A DNA stretch of 63,964 nt, the filler included, from Dimargaris cristalligena (lineage: Eukaryota), in NCBI GenBank assembly GCA_003614675.1. It is 4 parts of 4 records of this genome, joined end to end, with 100 filler letters (N's around TTAATTAATTAA, not from the genome) between each part and the next. Parts side by side here need not be neighbours in the genome. Positions count along the whole stretch, not along the records: positions 16,687 to 33,264 come from ML002841.1; positions 33,365 to 49,906 come from ML002842.1; 2 more parts are not named here. The stretch is one strand, 5' to 3'. Positions 25,556 to 36,258 of the stretch are shown here, piece after piece. A program made the translations under genes and the position numbers. Position 1 is the stretch's first letter, and each line of letters opens with the position of its first letter. The notes under the pieces are model-generated. The model did no database searches and had not been told where the DNA came from. It saw only the letters and a list, made by a program, of their open reading frames with translations.

Positions 25556-27409
25556 ATGTTTATTTTCAAGACCTGGTTGCTTGACTCAACTATACTTGGG
25601 CTGGGTGTCATTGGCAGTGCGTACGGGGCTAATGAGCTTCAATTCCGCTTAACTGCGGACGTAGTCACCCTTAACGCCAACTCAACCGAGGTGTCGCGGG
25701 TGAATTCTATATTGTCTTTTAGCGGGCGGTTATTAGATGTTTATAGCCCCGACAAACAGCCATACAAATTAGAGGTAAGTTACCGATGCCAATAACCACC
25801 CCCGATGGTATATATAGGGGTCGCTCTTTCCTCATCATAGAAGGACTGTAGTTTCAAACGAACTTGTGAATGATGCCAAATGGTTAATGCAATGCAGTGG
25901 GTAATACCACCTCAAATATCCAATGTATTAAGAACGCGGAAAACTAATTATAACCTGTTTACGGGTGTCTTCACTCCCCTCTACTAAACTTCCCCATCTA
26001 TTTATAATTATCAATAGGGGTTGGTATACGAGTACCTTAATCAAGCCAACCAGATATTACCATCTGAACTCGGATATATAGCTATTTTTGACTCCATCTT
26101 AACGACGGGTGGAGCTGGAACACCATCCCCCAACCTAAGTCATTTCAACCCAGACCAAACCAATGCCATCATCACATTTGCCAATTCATCCAGCCGTGTA
26201 TGTCAATCCATTGGCCCGGCTACCTCCCGGCCCTGTGTGGCAATCGACCCCTTGTCCACCCAACGGATACGGTCGCTTCTCAGCACCTATCAGTCGTCAA
26301 CCACTGTGGCCGTACCAATTGATGGCACTGGTAGCGGTGGTAGGAGGGACCCTATCACATCTTTGAATCAATTAGCAAAAGGGAAGACAGTTTCCGAAAC
26401 GACCGCGGACCGTTTGTACCTTCGGATCACCCTTTCCAATGATCACCCCAATCGCCGGTCCATCCACGGAGAAAATAATAGCGGGATAACTGACCAATCC
26501 CCCACGGCTCCTAGCTTGTTTACGCGCTCCTCCGAATCCTCGTCCGAAAATCAAGGCACTATCATTGCCGCCGTGGTATGCGGTATCATCGGCCTGGTCA
26601 TTTTCGGGGTAGCCGGTTTTTGTTTCTATTCCGTCATTCGCCACCGTCGGTATACCCGCTATCGTCTGAATCGCCGTAACCGCGGTATCGAGTCCCTCCA
26701 GAGTGCTCTGGATCACCAATCCCCGGGGCCTTTGGACCCCGTGCTACTTAAATACCTCCTCGTTATTAACACCGGTAAGCGGGAAGTCACGACCATGCAG
26801 CGCCCCCGACAGCGGGGACCGCATGGGCAACCGGTCAGTGCATCCGCCATTGCCGCCGCTTATTCCGCCCTAAGCCGGTTCGACGGGGAGGTGCAGATTG
26901 ACGAACATGTGGATCCGGTCACGGCCCCGGTAAATACGCCGCTGTCGACCCCACCACCGGAGGCGGTGCTTAGCGAAAAAAAGACGAATGCTCTTTTGGA
27001 AGCTCAGCGGTCCCCGCTGGACCCCGGTACCCAGGCCGACGAAAAATCCACCGGTCGGGTGGCAACGGCTGCCGTCGGTCAAGGCATTAGTAATAGTTCT
27101 CCCCCGGATTTAGCTTCCCGTTCCACCCGGTCCCATACGAGTAGCGGTGGTTGGAGTCAAGAATCCTGTGTTATTTGCCTGGAAAACGTCAAAAAGGGGC
27201 AAAAAATTCGCCAGCTACCCTGCTTGCATTTCTTCCACATGGACTGCATTGACCAGTGGCTGATACACACATCGTCCGTGTGCCCCCTCTGTAAGGATGA
27301 TTGTGCCGCTTACTGTGTCAGAAAGGCCGGCCCTAAATACATAGGTCCCTACCGCCAGCCAGTAAGCTCCGGTTCAAGTGAGCTGGCTTACGACCTATTC
27401 CAGAGGTAG
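25556..27409 (+). CDS. Signal peptide-lumenal domain-TM-RING-H2 E3 ubiquitin ligase (RNF13/GRAIL-like topology), ~536 aa; exons 25556-25774, 26018-27409
   Basis: In-frame GTAAGT...CAATAG intron; TM IIAAVVCGIIGLVIFGVAGFCFY followed by a basic stop-transfer segment; RING-H2 CVIC..LPCLHFFHMDCIDQWL..CPLC. Confidence 0.85.
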
Positions 27410-28042
27410 CACTATCTCAATAGCCAGTCTATATGTATTGGCGAATGGTCTTTTTTCCGCCTTCCACCTAACAAGCTTACAACCAAAAGACACACTGCAT
27501 TTTGAGTATTGATATCATATCAGCTGAAAACAATCCACGCAGTATGATTCATAGTGATTTATTCTAATAAAAAAATCGTCGGGAATATAAAGTGCGCCAA
27601 GAAGGAGCAGGGTCGTTGAGAGGTGCGTAGGAACCGAGGGTTAGAATATGGGAGGAAATGACAGGTATCGTAAGGCCAATCTACACTGCTGAATGGCAAG
27701 AGGGTAATGGGGTGTGGTGAGCTGAAATATCTTAGGGTTCGGGTGGGAATGGGATGAATTGGAAATCAAATGATACTGCTGGATTCTGCCTAGATCTATT
27801 AACTAACCTAACATTCTCCATAGGTCTAGCCACCTCCTTAAACCCTTGCGTGCAGACAAGTGGTAACACAAGGGGGGAGAATAGCTGTCCTAAATGACCC
27901 ACCATCCCCCCACCTAAATCTTTTTGCCAGATTAGAAACCAGGATTGTGAATAAAAGTCAATCAATTGTTAATGGAAACGAGTGGATAAAACAAAACGAG
28001 AATGGGCGCAAAGTCGATTCGATGTATAGTTTACAAGGACTA

Positions 28043-28074
<32 letters not shown>

Positions 28075-28336
28075 GTATGTATACCATACTATAGCATTGG
28101 GATGTTTCGAGTATTCGGAAGAAGGTGATATAGAGGTAGAGAGTAAAAAAAAGGGGAACTAGAAAAATGGAGAACGGATAAAAAAGAAGGCTAGAGTATA
28201 ACAAGCGGGAATATCAGATAAATATGGTACGTTGGCGAAGGGTACAGTGGGAGGCAGAAGAGGAAATAACGCGTAGCTTCCTAGGCGGTCTGAAGCGAAA
28301 TAATGGGTTGGTTAGAGCCGGAAATGGCCTCCCATT

Positions 28337-30162
28337 TTAAGAAAATTCGAAATACGGGACGGCATTATTACAAACATGGCTAAGAGTGAGTAGTTGGTAT
28401 TTTTCCGACTCCGCATGGTAGTAGTAACCCGTAATGTCCCCGGTGGATTGCTGGTACTGGATGAAATAAAAGCCTTCGAAGCTCGCCCCGTCAATGTGGG
28501 TGACCCGGTGATTAGGGGCCAGGAAGATTTCCTTCCACCGCATAAAGATGGTGGGGTGGCCTAGGATATTGGGGATGGGTCGATCTTGGTTAGCGACGGC
28601 CTCGAATTCCGCAAAGTCGGGAAACTTGTTCTGTTCGTGCGATAGTACCGCGGCCATTCAGTCAGAAGATTAGTTGTAGGGATTGATTTTTTTGAATAGA
28701 ATAAACAAACAATGGTTAGATGGAAGTGAAGTACGATTAGAAGCCACCCTATATATCAAAGGTCGATGTTGGTCCATTCGAACAGCTGTACCCATCCTTA
28801 GAGCCATCTGTACGGGGAAAAAATGGGACCCTGTTCAATGAAGTAACTTATCATCAAGCTGCATCGGTGCAGGCTGTGCTATTAAGGTAAGCTGACCCTT
28901 GTGGTATGCATAAGCCACGATGCCCAGCATCCAGGGGTGGAGCCTTAGGCTCAAAGTGGGCATTAGAAGTACAGTTTCTTATTAACCGACCCCTCGGTAA
29001 AATTAAGGAAGATAAGGTGAAACCCCAGAGGCTACGCAGCAGGAATGGTCTAACTTGATTGAGCGATTAGATATGTGGGTAAGGAGGCTCATTGCCCCCT
29101 CTCCTCCCACCCAAGCCCGAACCCAGACAGGAATACAATAGCAACTTACCCAATGTTCGAGATCATTGCGGAAATTGGAGTTCCACTTGCGGGTGGAAAA
29201 CGAGTGTCGCTCCCCGATTATTTCGGCCTCAAAAAACGTAGTAAGCACCGGCAGTTTCGAGGTCAGATTGTAAATGGTTAGGTAGCCGCATAGGTAGGAC
29301 TGCTTGAGGTCGGCAAACTAGCATAAGGGGAAGAGTATGGTGGCGGGATAGACAATGATAAGGGTAGAATAAGAAGGGTGCTATGGATGCGAGAAGACTG
29401 CCTATGAAAAGGAACGAGGACTAAGGTGTCCTTCCAAGTGAAATCGATGGCATAAACATTATGTATTCTTGATAAAGAAATGCACCGTCAGAAGATTAGC
29501 GATAGACCTACCTGAATGTCAACCTCGACTCGGTGGTCGTGTTGGATATTTCGTTGGTATCCGACGAACCGACTACCGGGATAGAGATGCTCCGTATGAG
29601 TCGTTTTAATGGGAGCATGGGAAACTAGAGAACCCCCTAGTAGCCCGGCCACACTACCCAGCTTACGGGTTTTGATGATGGTTTCCTGGTGAAGCCCTTG
29701 GCGCTTGCGCGGAGCCGCCCTTCTGGACGGGGCGGTGTGTGAGGCGTGGGTTTTGGTCTTCGCTGACCCTTTGGCCCGGGACCGTTTTTTTTTGCGGCCG
29801 GCCCTTGCGCAGCCACAAGCCCCGGGCACAGTGGTGGCCAGACTGAAGATGGTTGAGGTAGCGGAGGCGGTAACCAGACCACATTCGGGGTAGTGGTTAG
29901 GCAGCGCCAGGTGACCCCTGCGGGTTAACCCGGTGGTGTCTCCCAGGACCTCGTCAAAGAGGGCGATGCCTTCGTCGTCGGAGTCGCTGAGGACGTCCTC
30001 GCTAGAATAGTCGTCGCCTTCCTCGTCGTTCGGAAGGCATTCCTGAAGATTGAGCTTAGAACGAGACTCGCGAAGAAGGGGTGGTGAGGCTTCTCCGCCG
30101 TGCGAGGGGGTTGCCGTTATAGAACTGGCGGGAAGAGGGGATGCGGGTGTACTAATTGGCAT
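28337..30162 (-). CDS. GID4: GID/CTLH complex substrate receptor Gid4/Vid24; exons 30162-29512, 29317-29150, 28630-28337
   Basis: Spliced product contains LYPGSRFVGYQ, SYLCGYLTIYNLT, LTTFFEAEIIG, DLEHW-NKFP, IFMRWKEIF, GASFEGFY, ITGYYYH and the C-terminal anchor YFEFS; phase-0 GT-AG introns. Confidence 0.92.
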
Positions 30163-31563
30163 TCGAGATTAGAAAAGATAGTCGCCCCTGGAGAATAGGG
30201 ACCAGAAGGAGGAAAGCGGGCCGAAGGAGGGCAGTCGAATAAAGGCAGGGAAGTCGAAATGGAAATATGGCAAGTTGGGTAAAGAAGCAGCAAATGGAGC
30301 GGATACAGGCAGGTGGGTCGATAAAGTTTAATAAAGGGACTTGTTATAGCATAGCGAGTCCATAATCGTAGACTATTCGATATATATATGTACCAATTGA
30401 CGCTGCGCTCAGCTGCCGTAGAAGGTGAGAAATCTTCACGGCACGGGACATTGGTTGTGTTGGAACGGGAAAAGGCCCCGTAGTTGGTGTCAGGGGCCCT
30501 CGGCCATTGCGCCATACAGTACGTGACTTTTTCCTGCTATAAAAATACACCCCCTTTATCTCCCTTGATTGTACTGGCCCTTCGTAGCTGCCCCAGGTGT
30601 TGTTGATAAGGAAAGTCACTGTCCCGTCCCGGGATAGTCACCAACCCTTGAGGCTCTCCCCCCTTCCGTTGACCCAGGCCCGGCCAATCCAGCGTCGATG
30701 TCCTTGTATGTTTCCCAATAAGCAAAGTTCGGTCAACCCCGCTCCCCAATGCCTGGTTGGCCGTCACGAGGCCGATTTGATGGGATCTACGGCCCCACTC
30801 GATGCACTACCACGCCCACTCACCGCAGCCGTACCTGCCACCCTGTTCCGACTGACCAGCTGGCAAAGTAGCAGCGTGGGGATTAAGACTAGCCCTATCA
30901 TAAGAAATTAGATATACTGGACATGGTCCAAACAAATCTCCGAAATCAAATCGAAATAATATTATTAATGGTCGCGCTAAGCTCTCCGACTGCGCCCTCG
31001 GATTCGAAGGTGTATCTACCGCTTGCAACAAACGACCAAGGTGTGACTGCACATACGTATCAATAGATTTTGTCGTAGGTGAACAGGGAATCCCTCTCCC
31101 ACGCTGACAAAGCACCTCGCTGCCTGTGTGGAAGAACAGTCCTGATACATGGATATCGCAGGAGTGTCACGTGGGGTGTAGTATACCCATGGGATTTGCC
31201 AGGTTTCCTAATCCCAAAAATGAATAGCCTACCGATTCCAGATACTCCCCGCCCAGAAGGGCCGAATTCCCTGTCTAAACCTTTGTTTGAGGCGATTTCA
31301 TTAACGGAGCCTGCTCCATTCCGCACTTCTTATCTTCGTTATTCACTTTTAAACTCCGTCCACTGCCGAAGAGGAGCCCGTTGCGCCATCGGTCCCTTGT
31401 ATTCTAGCACCAGTTCCTCGACCTTCCCATTTGGACATCGTAGCCATTACAACAACTGCAGATTGGTCTCTTGACCGTAGCCTGGAAAATAAAACGTTCT
31501 ACATATATAACCCCGCCAAGTCTAGCCAACCATACGAACATATACCCTAAAGGTTTAGCAAAC

Positions 31564-32084
31564 ATGTTTCCCTCTTCATTTGATTATCTACCGTCACTCT
31601 TGCCTCACACCAGCCAAGAGCTTTGGTACCCCTCCACGCTACCATCGGCACTTGCCCGGTCCCGCCCGTTGTCCCACCTTCCCGACTCCGCGGCAAATAG
31701 CCGAAGGGATGTCTCCTCCACAGCTCCTCTTGTAGCTCCCGCACCTAGCCCGTGGACAAGTATCCAGGAACTGGAACAGGCTGAGCTAAGTCACATTCAT
31801 TGGGTATGTTCATCTTTCAGGCCTTTTCATTAACTTCTTCCCCCAACCACGCGATATTGGTTCCATCAGGGGATTTGTTCCAGTTTTGGTGCTATTGAAT
31901 AGGGTCCCTTAATAGTTTCCTTCGACTTTAACAGCTAACCTAGGTTTGTATACTTATCATTGACAATATTATTCCCACCGTTTTTTTCTTTTAGATGGAG
32001 TCAATCCAAACCCAGTCGTCACACACAGTACCCCTCGGCACGCAAATGGGTTGGGATACAACGGACCACCCCATGGATGGTTAG
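31564..32084 (+). CDS. APC15: Anaphase-promoting complex subunit 15-like, ~109 aa; exons 31564-31803, 31995-32084 (3' end uncertain)
   Basis: TGG|GTATGT...TTTTAG|ATG splice. YLPSLLPHTSQELWY and ELEQAELSHIHW-MESIQTQSSHTVPLG resemble recalled animal ANAPC15 LFPSLFPRVTETLWF and [27 protein letters not shown]. Confidence 0.7.
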
Positions 32085-32986
32085 TATTTAATACGTACAA
32101 CTGTGGACTAACCTAGATCCTTTGGATCTAGGATTCCCGGAAAAGAACACATATCCTTATTAATAATTTGTTTTTTGAAGTGGATTATCAATAGGGCTTT
32201 TGACGATAGAGCAATAAAAGTCAACAAGAAATAAATGACATTACCTGGTGATATATCTCAATTATTCGCTATATAGCAGATTCATCCTTGAGCAATTCTA
32301 TGTTGGATAGTGGTCCCCTTTACTCATATTGTAACCGGGTGGGCCAAGCAGGAGGGGGAGTATACACTCTTAAATGGTTAACTGTACTCAATAAGGTAGT
32401 AATTAAACAAATAATTAACTTTACCCTCTATAATTTTTTATATTCAAAATAGTTTCTGATTCAAAGATATATAATTTTAGCGGGTTTACTTGGGTGATTT
32501 ATATTATTCCTTTGAGAAGAGACCTTGTTCTTGCGCCAATTATGAAATGACAACTTTTCCTGCAGGAGAGCCAGTTAAACAGCATCATAATTCAATAGAT
32601 CCTCGGTGGTGAATCCAGGACTCTCTACAATACTTTATGGGCATCAGTACAGGATAGGAACATTACAACGGGACTCTTAGATAGTCAGTTTAGTAAAAAG
32701 GTCTAATTGGGGTCTGGCCTAATCATTTAGGCTGGGGATTAACAGCGGCGTATAAATTTTTCGAGACTATATCAGGATTAAACTATATATATATATTACA
32801 CTGGATTTGATGAATGCGAGGAAAATCGACTTAATAGCGATTTCCGGGAAATTCTAGGTTAAAATAAGCAAATAATAAGGATCAATAGTAAATTCCAAAA
32901 TATATGATAATAACACCCCGCTTTAAGAGGAACCTTAGCCTGTAACTGATAGTAATTCACCACTTAGTATTTTAGGCCACTACTAT

Positions 32987-33264
32987 TGTACTGCTGCATA
33001 GTGCAGGATTGAGGGAAGCTTATTTTTATCAATTTCTTTATCGGTTTTATCAAGACCGGATCATTACTATATATATTTCTTTTAATCCGAAACGGGCGTC
33101 AACATTGAACTCGTTGCCTAGAAAAAGCCGTTATCACTGAAACCGTGAGAGGAGGCAATGTTTTCTAGACTATGAGGTCATAAAGTGTTGAAGGAGAATG
33201 GTCGAGACAGGAGAAATCATCGTCAACGACCATTCGGCGCCCCTAGCAATCATTCTATCATAGT
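32987..33264 (+). repeat. Dispersed repeat, probable LTR start (TGTA...), running into the gap
   Basis: 32987-33185 is the inverted copy of 1-203; begins TGTACTGC. Confidence 0.8.
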
Positions 33265-33364
33265 NNNNNNNNNNNNNNNNNNNNNNNNNNNNNNNNNNNN
33301 NNNNNNNNTTAATTAATTAANNNNNNNNNNNNNNNNNNNNNNNNNNNNNNNNNNNNNNNNNNNN
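33265..33364. other. Artificial contig linker
   Basis: N44-TTAATTAATTAA-N44. Confidence 0.98.
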
Positions 33365-33577
33365 TTCCCTCTGCTTAGTCATCCAATATTCTGGGACCTT
33401 CTCTCCCTTTCTCTATTATTTCACTTATCTTTTCATTTAGGCTTCCCCTTTTGAATATAAATACTCCCCCTTACTACTACCTCTTGGAACAGAAAGTTTA
33501 TCATTCCCTCTCAGTTCTTATTATCTAGTTTTTCAAATAAAGTTTGGTTTTCAAGAATTTGATTTTAGTTCTTTACA
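33365..33577 (+). mobile_element. Probable LTR 3' end (...TTTACA)
   Basis: The last ~50 nt (ttttcaaataaagtt..gttttcaag.atttgattt.agttctttaca) recur at 50007-50061. Contains TATAAATA and AATAAA and ends in CA. Confidence 0.6.
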
Positions 33578-33889
33578 GCTATCATACCTATGATAGAAGG
33601 TGTTGGACTATTTAATCTGCCTTAATCCTATGGGCTTAAATATCTAACCATATTAAGCTATATTGCACTATACTAGTCTTCTCATAGCATACCTAATACC
33701 ATAAGATTATCCTTATCATATAACCTTTCCCCCTTCCAGACTCTGCCTCTTCACACTAATCACTCAAGTACTGATCTGAAGAGTCTTCTGGATACTTATG
33801 ACCATCCAGTTGGCTTATTTATCTATACCTTCATTTAGTAGTAGCTTTCCCTTGGGACCTCCCTTTGGAGTTATCCCTGTGTATATATA

Positions 33890-34411
33890 ACTGGGCCCCA
33901 TTGGGCCCAGTTAATTTCCCTAGCTTATTCTTACCCCCCCCCCAGTTTATCCCAATAAACTCTATATATACTTACCCCCTTGTACTAACCAGTAAGTGTG
34001 TCCCTGCATGTCCCTTGCATATTACTACTGCTTAGCCTTTATTTAGTTAGTACCATGCCCCATACCTGACACTAGTAGTATTAGAATGTTTAAATGAATT
34101 ACAGCCACAAGCTTTATTATATAAGTATATAATTACTAGTAAAGATAGTAATGAATAAAGAAGAAAGCCACAAAGAGAAAACAATAACTCCAGTTGATTT
34201 GTTTTATTGAATAGAGGATGCACCCATAAGAATGAAGGGGACAGCTATTATAAAGTGAATAAAATAGTGCCCACAAGAGCTGAACAAGAATCATGATAGA
34301 TCATGTGATTTCTAACAAGTAGCCCACTTGGCTGAGCCTAAGCCCCACCTACCATTGGAAGCCTATCCTTAGGACTCTTAATGGACTAAGAGTGGTTAAC
34401 CTGGGTGACAA
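33890..34411 (-). repeat. CpG-depleted copy of the 16315-16586 repeat, interrupted by a 239-bp insertion
   Basis: Reverse-complement alignment to 16315-16586 on both sides of 34079-34317; includes a 10-bp-arm palindrome aactgggccc-catt-gggcccagtt at 33889-33912. Confidence 0.8.
34079..34317. mobile_element. Solo-LTR-like insertion with 5-bp TSD AGTAG
   Basis: AGTAG at 34074-34078 and 34318-34322; termini TATTAGAA...TTCTAACA (TGTTAGAA inverted ends with one G>A); empty site CTACT at 16405-16409. Confidence 0.8.
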
Positions 34412-35607
34412 AAGGACATCAGGTTTTAACAATAAGCCCACTGCCTTATTTAATTAAAAGCCCATGCCTGAGAGCCAGCTGGGCATATACCTCACTACCA
34501 TGTGCCTGTAATTTTATATTTTTTGTAGAAAACTGCAAGATTCCCAGCCAGACTCATAGAATATTGGCATCAGTTACAAATGGTGTAACTGATGATATTC
34601 CTATTAGGCAGCACACTTGTAGGGGAGGGGCAAATCATGGTGAAGACTGAAGGCTGATAAGTGAATGTTCTTTCATACACCCCCTCCACTATATCCAACC
34701 ATGTCATTTCCCTCATCTTGGGTATACTAATAGAATATTCTAAACTTTCATATTGCAACCCAACCTCCAGTGCTGCTATTGTTTGGGTTCACTGACTGCC
34801 TGGTCGGCACTGCCCTCTTGGCTTGTACTCAGGTATGTAGTGGTATGTCCCAGTACAGATTGGGAGTGAGATAGGGGGTTGTGGGAAAAAGATACAGGCA
34901 TTGGGGATGCGGAATAGGACGCCTGTTACCATATGGATGGTAATGCATAAAAATAATATAACTGGGTGGCATTGGGTTGTTCGGGTCTAGAAAAGATTTG
35001 GATTAATGCCAATAATATCACAATTTACAAAGAACAATACTACTGTCAAATGTGGCAACCCCAGTTGAACAGGCCAGGCCTCCTACATTGTCAGTCGACT
35101 AATAATCCCCGGTAAGGACTTGACAGGGTCACGAGGAAAACCGTACTTTATTTCCTGATGGCACCCTAAGACAACTGGATTATTGGAGGCACATATAGCC
35201 TAAGCATCGGGTATCGCCTGGGGGTTATCCGAAGCCCTTATAACCATTCCCCTGAGGCTTCTCTTGCAATTGATTGCTTATATATTGACGACTGGACTGG
35301 ACCGCCCTATACTTGCTTCATGATACTCCCCGCGTATAGGTAAACCCTTCTCTATATTCAAGCCATTTGATACTAATCAAAGAGTACCAATGTTTTGGTT
35401 TGTTTTAATGGGGCCAGATTACCCCAACCTCAGAAATGGCATTATTCGGTAGGCGATTTGAAATATAAATATAGCCCCTATTTTACTATAGAAGGGAGTC
35501 CTGGCATTCACGAAAATATCCTGCACCTCAGACCTATTGATATTAAAGACGATGCTAAAGGGCGCTGCTATAAATCAGTTTCTATAATAGAAAATTTAAA
35601 TATAAAT

Positions 35608-35753
35608 ATATGGATGAAATCTAGTCCAATTGTACAAGGCTTTACACCATATGTATATGGCAAAATTAGCAGGGGAATAATTAACAGCTGGTATTATTGG
35701 TTTCATGTAGTAGGTTTTTGGTTAAATAGCCTGGATGACCTTCTATGTTATAT
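35608..35753 (+). mobile_element. MITE-like element, old diverged copy
   Basis: atatggatgaaat...ttgtacaagg.ttta...atatgtatatggcaaaatt...gcctggatga is colinear with 40179-40323. Confidence 0.55.
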
Positions 35754-36258
35754 ATCCGATAATGGATATTTACTGTGCTTTTGTCGCCAGGAAGTATAGA
35801 CGGGGATTGGTAGAGCAAACAGTATAGATTGCATCACTCAGTCGGGACATTCGTTCGGCAAATTAAATATATCATCTATAATGTTCGAACTAGTGACAAG
35901 TTGGGAAGGCTGGTGAACAGTCACCGACTATATATTAGATTCCACAGGAGGAAAGGAAAGTGACTTGTGTGAAAATGGATCTATAATTTTATTTAAGCCA
36001 AAGGTTATACATAGGGTATGCGTGGTATGGTTAATAAGGGGGGTTATGCGATGGAGGGGACAAAATACAATGGAATATATTCTAGGCATAATTGGATGAA
36101 TGGCCGAAGTCCTTCTCCCCGGGTCAATAATATATATATATATATATATTTCTCCAAAATGGGAGAGTAGGTCTAAGGTTCAAGGGATGGTCCAAGAAGG
36201 TAATATATTAAAAAGAAAGAGAAGCTCGAAAAAGGTAGGGGGAGGGTAATAAATTTAT

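Noticed and set aside
29488-29502. GAAGATTAGC resembling U6 snRNA
   Set aside because: Lacks ACAGAGA and the rest of U6; antisense to a GID4 intron.
32150-32158. ATATCCTT as a U12-type 5' splice site
   Set aside because: No matching U12 branch site or coding context; all reconstructed introns are U2-type GT-AG.
1-33185. 1-203 and 32987-33185 as terminal inverted repeats of a giant 33-kb element carrying chitin synthase
   Set aside because: The copies lie on different linker-joined contigs, their shared TGTA boundary faces inward with the repeat extending outward, and no transposase or recombinase lies between them. Two independent dispersed copies is simpler.
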